Shown: positions 15,765-23,895 of the stretch, one piece after another
Numbering within the stretch: the first letter of the stretch is position 1
Layout: each line of letters opens with the position of its first letter
Virus record (IMG/VR): IMGVR_UViG_3300044691_000355
Span: 32,001-96,000 of that record
Source of the DNA: a virus
DNA length: 64,000 bases
Strand: one strand, 5' to 3'
The notes under the pieces: model-generated
Database searches by the model: none
Seen by the model: the letters and a program-made list of their open reading frames with translations, nothing else
Told to the model about the DNA's origin: nothing
Program-made: the position numbers and the translations under genes

Positions 15765-18628
15765 GGCCCAAACATTTCCGCATACACGGAATCGAAATCC
15801 TCATCGCCGTCATCATCGTCATCGCCGGGGTCAACGCTTTGCCAATCTGGCGTCTCGCCCACATAGCCATGCGTCTCTAAGAAATCGGTCATCGCTTGCT
15901 CACTCGTCACGGCTGCATCGGCGGCAAACAGGCGGCCGATCCAGTCCTTGACCTTGGATTTTTTCACTGGGGCTGTTGCACTCCAGGCTTTCCACACCAT
16001 CGGATCGATGTAGGACTTCAAGGCCTGCGCGGGCTTGTTGCCGAGCTTATCGCTGACCTTTTCAGCGATGGCGGCCACAGAGGCCTTGTGCTCTTTCGCA
16101 TCCATCGGCACCGGCATTTTCTTGACCTGCGCGCGCGCCATGTCGGTGGCGACCCATGTGCGCATGTCCTTCAAATCGAATTCTGAAGCCCCAATGCCGT
16201 GGAAGTAATCGCGCACGTGGGTTTCGCTCACCTGGAAAATCTGCTTATTCTCGCCCGTCGCACGCTGGCGTAGGAAGGTCGCGACCTTCGCATCCTTGAC
16301 GATGTGATGCTGCGTAACGCCGCTCTTGCCGGGGAAATCGAACGTGGTCGAATCGCCTGAGACCTTGACGTGCTGGCCTTCCAACTGCGTCGCCCCATGG
16401 GCTTTGACATCCGCGCCCGTGTCCTTTTCGGAGCCGGGACGAAAGCCAGTCTGCGAGACCAAGTACACGACTGCGGCGGCATCCTGTACCGCGCGCGGCA
16501 GCTTCGGATCGTTCATGTCGGCGGCGGCCTTGGCAACCACGCGATCCCGTACCTTATTGAAGGCGACGAGGCGCGAGAATTTCTCCACGTCCTGCTCGCC
16601 GCGATGGCCCGGCAGCTCGCGTGACTGTGAGCGGCCCTTGACATCGCGCCCCGTCACTTGCTTGCCTTCGGTCGGATCGGGATTCAAGCGAATGTCGGTC
16701 CACGCGGGCGGTATTTTCAGCGCCTTCAATCGCGCGTGCTCTTCGGGCGTGCCGCCATGCCACTTCTCATTTGCGCCGTACACGGTGTGCGCTGGCACCA
16801 TCTCGCCCTTGACGAGCTGCGCGGGGATGAGCGTGCCGCCGGAGCGCGTGAACACCTTGCTCGATGTGCTCCAGCGATTCGCAATTGGATTCTTGGACAC
16901 GTAGGACTTTTCAGGCACCGCTGCCTTGCCCTGATTGCCTATCGTCCATTTGCCTTCGGGGTCGCGCTTCTCCTGCGGATTGAACCCGTGGTGCGGCTGA
17001 CCGCCTGACGTGACGTGCTTCAACTTATCGAAGTTCGGGATATTCTCGAAGCGGTCAAAGAAATCCGCGTCGCGGCCTTTCTTGGTCTTCGGCGGCGGCT
17101 TCTTCGCGACCTTGGAGGCCTTGCTCTTCGCGCCCGGCGCTTTGGCAGCGCCTGACTCTGAGCCACGGCCGGGACGCGCGGGCGTCTTGCCCTTTGCGCC
17201 GGGTTTCGCAGCGCCCGGCGGTGCACCGGGGGCGGGCTTCGGCAGCACCAGGCCCAGCGCTTCGGGCGTGGGATCGGGCAGCGACTCGGCGTTTTTGATG
17301 TCCTCATCCGCGATATTCGAGAACGCGCCGGTAATGAGCGACATCGCCTTGAGTTCCTTCAGGCCCGTCGCTTTGTTGATGAGCTGCGCGGAGAAGGCCT
17401 CGGTAACGGCCGCCACCGTGGTGTTGGTGACCTGGGATTTCTCCGTGTCGGACAACTGCCACAGGGATTTGAACTCTAAGGTGAATTCTTTCGGCGGCTC
17501 GGTGCCGAATTTGCTGATGTACGCCAGGCGATACACCGTCTCGATGCCATCACCCAGCCACGTGACTTGCTGCTGCTTCACTGAATCGTGATAGCCGCGA
17601 ATGTCGGCATCCCCGGTCGAGAACCCGGCAGGCGATTGACCGAAGAGGCGCACCAGCGGTATTTCAACGGCCCCCGCCAACTGCTCGCCGAACTGCGACA
17701 GGATCACATCGAGACCGGCAAATGCGTACTGGTGCGTCTCAAAAGTGTCGCGCGTATCCAAGAGGGTGAGGCCCTCATTGGTTTGCATCGCGCGAATCAT
17801 GTTGATGTTGGCGAGCAAGCCTTTCATCGCGGCCGATGTGCCGCCGATGATTTCGCGCAGGCCCTCCACCGACAGCGTGCGCAAATGCGCCTTGTAGACC
17901 ATCTGCGAGATGCCAGCGGTGGCCGAGTCATACGCGATCAGCCGATCCCACATCCGCTCGATCACTGACTGGCCCCACAGGTTCTCACCGATGCGCTGCC
18001 AGTACGGCAGCTCCACGCCCTCGATGCGGATCACGCGCGAGTAGTGGATTTTCATGCGCGGCATGCCGCCCGTGTCGGTGATCGTGTCGTAGAAGCGCGG
18101 TTTGCCGAAGTACGGCCCCATGTCATCGACCAAGTCGGTCAAGGAGGGCTGCAACACCCACCGATCCAGCGGCATCAAACCTTTGAATTGCCCCTGGCGA
18201 ATGCGATCCAATTTCAATGGCGTCGCGGGGTTTTGCCCATCGATCATCATGAAGGCGACAGCGCCGCCATAGAGGCGCGCCCACTTAATCGTGTCGCGCA
18301 GTTGCTTCCACAATTGCAGGCGCGCGATTTCCTTATTGAAGTCCGCGATCTTTGACGGCTTATCGCTCGTGGTGATTTCCATGCCCTCGCGGGTCATGTC
18401 CTGCGCGTAGACATCGACCACGCGACCGGCGATCCAAGAGCCCCGGTACACCATCTCCATCTGCATGCGGTTGCGCGAGATGGGATTAAACCCATACGCG
18501 CCGCCATCGCCCTGATTGCCCGTGCCGCGCCCCACGTGCGCAAGAAAATTCTGAAAAGTATCGTGAGTTTGGGCGGCCTCCGCGTCTGCGAACTTCTTGA
18601 CCAGTCGCGGACTGCGCCGATTGCTCAT
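15761..18628 (-). CDS. Portal protein (DUF1073 family) fused to tag and DNA topoisomerase IB
   Basis: Portal: YRGSW, WARLYGGA, IHYSRVIR, IPLVRLFGQSPAGF; TopIB: KIPPAW, GRDVKGR, GFRPGS, FPGKSG, KDMRT, LGN, SYIDP. Confidence 0.88.
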   Translation of the reverse strand: MSNRRSPRLVKKFADAEAAQTHDTFQNFLAHVGRGTGNQGDGGAYGFNPISRNRMQMEMVYRGSWIAGRVVDVYAQDMTREGMEITTSDKPSKIADFNKEIARLQLWKQLRDTIKWARLYGGAVAFMMIDGQNPATPLKLDRIRQGQFKGLMPLDRWVLQPSLTDLVDDMGPYFGKPRFYDTITDTGGMPRMKIHYSRVIRIEGVELPYWQRIGENLWGQSVIERMWDRLIAYDSATAGISQMVYKAHLRTLSVEGLREIIGGTSAAMKGLLANINMIRAMQTNEGLTLLDTRDTFETHQYAFAGLDVILSQFGEQLAGAVEIPLVRLFGQSPAGFSTGDADIRGYHDSVKQQQVTWLGDGIETVYRLAYISKFGTEPPKEFTLEFKSLWQLSDTEKSQVTNTTVAAVTEAFSAQLINKATGLKELKAMSLITGAFSNIADEDIKNAESLPDPTPEALGLVLPKPAPGAPPGAAKPGAKGKTPARPGRGSESGAAKAPGAKSKASKVAKKPPPKTKKGRDADFFDRFENIPNFDKLKHVTSGGQPHHGFNPQEKRDPEGKWTIGNQGKAAVPEKSYVSKNPIANRWSTSSKVFTRSGGTLIPAQLVKGEMVPAHTVYGANEKWHGGTPEEHARLKALKIPPAWTDIRLNPDPTEGKQVTGRDVKGRSQSRELPGHRGEQDVEKFSRLVAFNKVRDRVVAKAAADMNDPKLPRAVQDAAAVVYLVSQTGFRPGSEKDTGADVKAHGATQLEGQHVKVSGDSTTFDFPGKSGVTQHHIVKDAKVATFLRQRATGENKQIFQVSETHVRDYFHGIGASEFDLKDMRTWVATDMARAQVKKMPVPMDAKEHKASVAAIAEKVSDKLGNKPAQALKSYIDPMVWKAWSATAPVKKSKVKDWIGRLFAADAAVTSEQAMTDFLETHGYVGETPDWQSVDPGDDDDDGDEDFDSVYAEMFGP

Positions 18629-18908
18629 TCAGGATTCCTTTTCGGGGTTAATATCCACGTCGGTGCCACGGGACATTCCCGTTATAAACGCCCCTCGGAC
18701 ACAGTTCCGTTGTGCGCCGATGATTCAACATCGCGCGAGGGGCGGGCCAGAAAAAAGGGCCGGTGCTTTGATCGGGCGTCCTTCCCACACGCCCTAAGCG
18801 TGACGGCGCACCAATCCGTGTTTCTCGCTGGTAGTCCCCCGCGCAAAAATTTGTGCTGGGCATTTTTGGCCGGTGCCCCAACCTCACCGATCTCTTTCGA
18901 GAGCCGGT

Positions 18909-19004
18909 CTACTTGATGATGTCGCCAGCCAGGCGCTTGCAGCGCATACAGATCGCTTTCAAGGGGCTGCGCTTATGGCCGAAGAAAAAGCAAAGAATGT
19001 TCAT
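18909..19004 (-). CDS. 31-aa Cys/His peptide
   Basis: MNILCFFFGHKRSPLKAICMRCKRLAGDIIK; ATGA overlap with terminase stop. Confidence 0.5.
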   Translation of the reverse strand: MNILCFFFGHKRSPLKAICMRCKRLAGDIIK

Positions 19005-20347
19005 TCGCCCAACTTCTCCCACTGCGCACCGACGCCGCGCCTTTGGATGTAGCCATCGAGCCCGTAGCGAACCGCGTCCCATCCATGGTTGTGTGCATCG
19101 ACGATGATGGGCAACACATCGCCCGTGATCCGGTCCACCTTGTAAGCGTACAGACGCGCCTCTTCCTGCATGTGCTTGCAGCGCTCGTGAATATGGATGC
19201 GGACGAAGCCTTTTAAATGCGCAACGCCGTCCTCTAACGACCCCGGCCATTTATCGGCGGCCGAAATGTTGAAGGACTTGCGCGCCATGTAGGAAATCGT
19301 CTCAGGGCGCGCGCAGTCGGCCCTGATCGGCCAGGCCCTTGAGCCGGGCACGGAGTCAAACAATTGCGGGGTCTCATCGATCTCCACGCGGTAGCCGAAG
19401 GCCTCGTGACTGATCCACAACTCCTGACTGTGATCAGGATTCTCAGTGACCCAGAAACGAATGAGCGCGGTAGGATCATTTGCAAAACCCCAGTCTGCGC
19501 CGTAAAAAATGCGGGTGTCTTCATGGGGATTGCCAAAGGATTCTACGAGGACCCGACGGCGGAACACCGCCGCATTGGAATTCTTTTGAAGCTTGCCTTC
19601 CCAGACGTGATCGTAATCGGCCTGTAACTGGGAGCGCTCATCATCATCGGTAGCCTCGGCGATGCGCCGCCAGTCATTCTCGCGCTCGGCCTTCAGCTCA
19701 TCGGGGAACCATGGATTGTCGTTCCAGTTCACCTCGACGCTGCGCATGTCCGGGCGCGTCGCGAGCACGAAGCGCTCGTACGTCGGGTCCGTCTCATCGC
19801 GCGGGTTGAACACCACCCAGATTTCGGATGAGCCCAACTTGGTGCGAATGGTGGGAATCAAATATTTCCAGGACGCATCGGAGACGCGCTCCGCTTCCTC
19901 GACCAGGCAGATATCAATCGCTTCGAGCGACTTGATCTTGAGCGGGTCCGTCTTGATCCCCGCGAAAATAAACTCGGTGCCGTTGACCCCAAAGATGGCC
20001 TGCGCCTGAATCTCGTAGAAGCGCGTGAGGCCCATCTGTTCGATGCGATCCGTGATCAGTTTGTAGATCGAATCGCGAATCGAGGTCTGGTACTCGCGCG
20101 CGCAGAGGATGCGCAGCCGGTGCTGCGTGCCCAACACGGCGCATAGGCCTGCAAAGCTCCAGCTCTTCCCCGATCCGCGCCCCCCGTAGGCCACCTTGTA
20201 GCGGCTCGGAATAAACACGGGCATGCCGCCGGGGCCCGGCCTGAAAAAGAGGTCCCGCAGTTTTGGCGGGAGAAAATCGTTAGTGGGTGAGTTGCGGCTC
20301 GGGGTCCTCATCCGTTGCTTCGGGTTTCTCAGCGGCTCCGGGTTCAT
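19001..20347 (-). CDS. terL: Terminase large subunit (PBSX family)
   Basis: YGGRGSGKS Walker A, CAREYQTSI, VEEAE Walker B, GADWGFANDP, NHGWDAVRY. Confidence 0.95.
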   Translation of the reverse strand: MNPEPLRNPKQRMRTPSRNSPTNDFLPPKLRDLFFRPGPGGMPVFIPSRYKVAYGGRGSGKSWSFAGLCAVLGTQHRLRILCAREYQTSIRDSIYKLITDRIEQMGLTRFYEIQAQAIFGVNGTEFIFAGIKTDPLKIKSLEAIDICLVEEAERVSDASWKYLIPTIRTKLGSSEIWVVFNPRDETDPTYERFVLATRPDMRSVEVNWNDNPWFPDELKAERENDWRRIAEATDDDERSQLQADYDHVWEGKLQKNSNAAVFRRRVLVESFGNPHEDTRIFYGADWGFANDPTALIRFWVTENPDHSQELWISHEAFGYRVEIDETPQLFDSVPGSRAWPIRADCARPETISYMARKSFNISAADKWPGSLEDGVAHLKGFVRIHIHERCKHMQEEARLYAYKVDRITGDVLPIIVDAHNHGWDAVRYGLDGYIQRRGVGAQWEKLGE

Positions 20348-20735
20348 AGATCAATGCCTTTTTCGGAAGGCCTGGACCGCCATCGGCGAAGGAGATACCA
20401 AGCTTCGGGTGATCGACCGGCCTGCCCTGCGCATCGAGCAATTGGTTTTGCACCACGTTGACCTCGCGCCAACCGGCTTGGGATTTCATCCAGAAAATCG
20501 CAGCGCCCAGGTTCATATCCACGGTGGCCATAGTGAAGAGCGTCTTGGCCACGGTCGCATTGCCGCGCGCCTTGCCCTGGTCTAATTCCAATTTGTAATA
20601 CTTGAGCAGCGTCGGGGTCGAGATGTTCATCAGCAGCGCGATGTCGTGATGAGGGGTGCCGACCGTGGCATACGCGCGCGCTTCGAGTGAATCCTTCTCC
20701 GTCTTGATGTGCTTCTTACCCCGCGTGCCCGCCAT
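20280..20735 (-). CDS. terS: Terminase small subunit
   Basis: HTH (IALLMNISTPTLLKYY), AAIFWMK..GW motif; directly upstream of terL. Confidence 0.8.
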   Translation of the reverse strand: MAGTRGKKHIKTEKDSLEARAYATVGTPHHDIALLMNISTPTLLKYYKLELDQGKARGNATVAKTLFTMATVDMNLGAAIFWMKSQAGWREVNVVQNQLLDAQGRPVDHPKLGISFADGGPGLPKKALIYEPGAAEKPEATDEDPEPQLTH

Positions 20736-20736
20736 T

Positions 20737-21006
20737 TTATTTGCGCGCTACCAGCGAGGCGGCCACGGTGACGGAGGCTTGCTGCACGCCTTGATCCGAT
20801 TGCCACAAGGAGCCGTTCATGCTCACCCCAACATCGCGGGCGTCATCGTCGGCAAGAATACCGACGAAGGCATCGGCTGCGGCCTGCGCCTGGACGGCAT
20901 CCGCCGCGTGCACCGACTGCGCGACAACGGTCGCATGCAGTGCTTCGGCGACTTTGTCTAAGGCCTCGGCTTTGGTTGCGCCGGTAACCTGGAATGAATA
21001 GGACAT
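20737..21006 (-). CDS. Hypothetical protein
   Basis: MSYSFQVTGATKAEA start; RBS GAGG. Confidence 0.6.
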   Translation of the reverse strand: MSYSFQVTGATKAEALDKVAEALHATVVAQSVHAADAVQAQAAADAFVGILADDDARDVGVSMNGSLWQSDQGVQQASVTVAASLVARK

Positions 21007-21011
21007 TGCAA

Positions 21012-21326
21012 TTACCTCGTTAGATGCTTGACGGCCCACATGACCGCCTCTTCGATTTTCGTCTTCGCCACCGACATCTCGCGGCTCGTGCCCAAGGAGT
21101 CGAAATACCCGTGCATCTGAAGGCCCAGGTCCTTGACCTTTTGCATCGCGATCTTTTCGGCATCGCTCAAGACCCGGTACTCGTGGCGCATGACGTTGTT
21201 GACGGTGCGTGCATCCGAGGCCGAATGCACGCTCTGCGCGGGACCGCCGAAGGCCGGGCTTGAGCGCGCGGCCTCCGGGATGTCGGCAGGCTTCGCGGCG
21301 TTTGCGATTTCGCGGGCGCTGTTCAT
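21012..21326 (-). CDS. Acb2/Tad1-like nucleotide-signal sponge, putative anti-defence protein
   Basis: YRVLSDAEKIAMQKVKDLG and SREMSVAKTKIEEAVMWAVKHLT resemble Acb2 and Tad1 helices. Confidence 0.68.
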   Translation of the reverse strand: MNSAREIANAAKPADIPEAARSSPAFGGPAQSVHSASDARTVNNVMRHEYRVLSDAEKIAMQKVKDLGLQMHGYFDSLGTSREMSVAKTKIEEAVMWAVKHLTR

Positions 21327-21634
21327 GCGGCGGGCGCGGGTGCAGCCGGAGTGTTGGCGGTGACGGCGGCGGCGAGCTTCGTGGACTCGGCAGTCAAGGA
21401 ATCCGACAAGGCTTGCAGCGCGGTGCCATCACCAGCGGCGTTCGCGGCAATCGCGGCATCGAGCTGCGTCTTCAATCCGGCGAGCAAGGTGATCGCAGAA
21501 TCTGCGGCGGTGGTGTTGGCGGCGACGGCGGCCGTTAATGCGTCGAGTTGTGTGCTCATGTTTTCCTGTCCTATGATCAGAGTGGATAGAGATGCGGCGA
21601 TGTAGCGCCACGCTTGAAATATGTTCATTCGCAT
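21323..21634 (-). CDS. Ala-rich coiled-coil protein
   Basis: LDALTAAVAANTT...LAAAVTANTP; true start may be MSTQLD. Confidence 0.6.
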   Translation of the reverse strand: MRMNIFQAWRYIAASLSTLIIGQENMSTQLDALTAAVAANTTAADSAITLLAGLKTQLDAAIAANAAGDGTALQALSDSLTAESTKLAAAVTANTPAAPAPAA

Positions 21635-21673
21635 TTAGGAGTACAATGTACGTCTTACTTGGAGGTACGCTAA

Positions 21674-22012
21674 TTGATACAAGAAGATTTACTCCGTGCG
21701 ATTTCGATTCGTCAGCCCTTGGTCGAGCTGATCCTGACGGGGGAGAAGGACATCGAATTCCGTTCACGCCCAACCAACATCCGCGAGCGCGTGTATCTGT
21801 ACGCCTCGCGCTCACTCACCACGGTGGATGGCTATCCAGAGGCCCAGGCGCAGCTACTTCCGCGCGGCCTGATCGTGGGCTCGGTCGAGATCATCGATTG
21901 CTTATGCGATGAAGAGGGCTGCGGCTACATTCTCGCGAGCCCCGTCCGCTATCTGAAACCATGGCGGCCACACGGCGTGCCACAGCCTTGCTTCTGGCGG
22001 CCTACGCGCTAG
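21674..22012 (+). CDS. ASCH domain protein
   Basis: AISIRQP..ELILTGEKDIEFRS (GxKxxExR), GLIVGSVEIIDC. Confidence 0.88.
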   Translation: MIQEDLLRAISIRQPLVELILTGEKDIEFRSRPTNIRERVYLYASRSLTTVDGYPEAQAQLLPRGLIVGSVEIIDCLCDEEGCGYILASPVRYLKPWRPHGVPQPCFWRPTR

Positions 22013-22778
22013 GGACTTCGATCCCAAACTCTTCGAGTAGCGCGGCTCCGTTCTGGTAGCGGTTCGCCTCCCAGCCTTTCGCCTTGATCAACGCATCGAC
22101 GGCATCGCCGGTCGCAAACACGAACACCAAATAGTTCTCTGACTCGCCCTTGCGCTTATTGGCCTCGGCGACCTTGGTGTATTTCTCGGAGATTTCCGCG
22201 AGGTGCGTGGCGAAGTCGGACAAGTCCTTGTCGCGGTTGTCGAACACCCCGGTGCCAAACATCTGCACCATGTCATTCTGCGTAAACCCTGCGCCCAGGA
22301 TCGACACTTCCGCATCGGAGAACACCGATTGCAGCAGGTCCAAGTCAAACGTGCCCATCGCCTGGGAGTTGTTCAACAGCACGTTCAATTCTTTTTCGCG
22401 CGCTGCCTCGACATCGATGACCGACACTTGCATCGTGTAGTCCTGCGTGCCCATCAGCGAATCCATGATCGAGATGCGCTGATGCCCGCCCACCAGATTG
22501 CCGGTGCGTTTATTCCACGTCACGGGGGCGACCAGGCCGTGGCGCTTGAGCGCGGCCTTCAACTTGTCGCGTTCCTGATCAGTGATCTTGCGCGGGTTGT
22601 ACGCGGCGGCCGTCAAGGTGGCGCGCGGCATCTCCTCGACGATGAAATTCTCAAGGCCTGCGGCTTTGAGCGAGGTGAACTTTTCCTTCACCGGCTTGCG
22701 CGGCTTGCTCGGCGTGGGCGGCGCATCGACGACCGGCGGCAGCACCTCGTTCAGCAGCACGTTGCCCTCGCCGCTCAT
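22002..22778 (-). CDS. ParB/Srx-like N-terminal domain protein
   Basis: YNPRKI, GLVAPVTWNKRTGNLVGGHQR; ATGA overlap with upstream gene. Confidence 0.85.
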   Translation of the reverse strand: MSGEGNVLLNEVLPPVVDAPPTPSKPRKPVKEKFTSLKAAGLENFIVEEMPRATLTAAAYNPRKITDQERDKLKAALKRHGLVAPVTWNKRTGNLVGGHQRISIMDSLMGTQDYTMQVSVIDVEAAREKELNVLLNNSQAMGTFDLDLLQSVFSDAEVSILGAGFTQNDMVQMFGTGVFDNRDKDLSDFATHLAEISEKYTKVAEANKRKGESENYLVFVFATGDAVDALIKAKGWEANRYQNGAALLEEFGIEVPSA

Positions 22779-23458
22779 GCGTGCCCCGTCTCGGGGAACC
22801 AGCGCTCGTGCAGCACCACGGTTTCGATGTACGGGAAGTATCCGCGCATGACTTCGTAATCCTCGCGATGATTGTGGTAGGCGTGTAAGATTTCGGAATT
22901 CATCAGCGAGAACCCGCCATTGTCGCCACGCCCCACGTCGGGGATCGGGATTTTGGCGGCCTTCAAGTACGACAGCACTTCCCATTTCAGCCAGTCCGAC
23001 AGCGGATGGATGACATCGGCCATCGTGTTTTTCTGATTCGACATGCGGCGGCGGCGAAAGATGCCGTCGGCTTTCTTCTCGCCATCGAGGATCAGCGTGG
23101 CCCCTGTGTCGGCCTTGATCCAGTTGTAGAGCGTGCGCCGGTCCAAGCTCGGCAGCGCATCCAGCTCAGGCAGCTCGTCGCAAAATAAACCGATGCGCAG
23201 AGCGTCGATGCCATCGGTCGAAGGGTATTTGCGGACGTTCAATCCATACCGCTCTTTGGCGAAGTAAATCTTCGACTCCTCGTGTTTCAGGCCTGGCACG
23301 AAGTAATAAAAATACGGGATGACGACTTTAAAAAACTTCACGGCGAGATCGAGGGTCGCGAGTGAATCCTTGCCGCCGGAGAAACCGACCGCCACGGTGC
23401 TGTGCGACTTGGCCAGCTCCGTCAATCGGTCGAAGGTTTCTTGCAGGTGCTCAGCCAC
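22775..23458 (-). CDS. PAPS-reductase-like PP-loop ATPase
   Basis: VAVGFSGGKDS PP-loop, GEKKADG, HPLSDW; only one Cys. Confidence 0.85.
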   Translation of the reverse strand: MAEHLQETFDRLTELAKSHSTVAVGFSGGKDSLATLDLAVKFFKVVIPYFYYFVPGLKHEESKIYFAKERYGLNVRKYPSTDGIDALRIGLFCDELPELDALPSLDRRTLYNWIKADTGATLILDGEKKADGIFRRRRMSNQKNTMADVIHPLSDWLKWEVLSYLKAAKIPIPDVGRGDNGGFSLMNSEILHAYHNHREDYEVMRGYFPYIETVVLHERWFPETGHA

Positions 23459-23653
23459 CTAGAAACTCGACTTCGCCCCGCGCGAGGTGCGCCTGTTGCC
23501 TTTCATAGCTGCCCGGCGCGCCTTCAATTTGCCGCGCTTGGCTGCCTTTTTGCGCAAGGATGCCAAGGCCTGCGGCGTGAGGGGTGCGCCCGCGCGCTTG
23601 CCCCTGACGCCGTGCATCCGCCGGAGCACCGCGAAGCTCTTGGCGGATGCCAT
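23459..23653 (-). CDS. Basic peptide B ending RGAKSSF
   Basis: 64 aa, Arg/Lys/Ala/Gly-rich with no acidic residue; stop abuts PP-loop gene start. Confidence 0.7.
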   Translation of the reverse strand: MASAKSFAVLRRMHGVRGKRAGAPLTPQALASLRKKAAKRGKLKARRAAMKGNRRTSRGAKSSF

Positions 23654-23664
23654 GGGTCATCGCC

Positions 23665-23895
23665 TTAGTAGCTCGACTTCGCGCCGCGCGCCATCGAGCG
23701 CTTGCCTCGAAATCCTGCGCCCTTGCCCGACCGCACGAAGCCGCGTCGGCCGCCCTTGCCTGCGGCGCGCTTGCGGATCAGGTCGCCCAAGTTGCCCGTG
23801 GTGCGCGCGTTCTTCGCGCTGCGGGCCTGCGCGCCCTTGCTGATTTTGCGGGTGCCCGCCTTCTTCTTCGCTGCCTTTTTCTTCGCCTTCGCCAT
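23665..23895 (-). CDS. Basic peptide A ending RGAKSSY
   Basis: 76 aa from MAKAKKK; RBS GAGGA; Arg/Lys/Ala/Gly-rich. Confidence 0.75.
   Translation of the reverse strand: MAKAKKKAAKKKAGTRKISKGAQARSAKNARTTGNLGDLIRKRAAGKGGRRGFVRSGKGAGFRGKRSMARGAKSSY

Noticed and set aside
15761-18628. Anti-CBASS Acb1 call for the DUF1073 protein
   Set aside because: No paired HxT/S 2H-phosphodiesterase motifs recognised; the extension is TopIB.
6305-18628. Inteins explaining the extra domains in portal and protease
   Set aside because: No C/S...HN-C/S/T splice junction motifs or LAGLIDADG blocks seen.
22775-23458. Auxiliary metabolic gene cysH for sulfate assimilation
   Set aside because: Lacks the C-terminal ECGLH catalytic Cys motif and Fe-S cysteines; context is DNA packaging.
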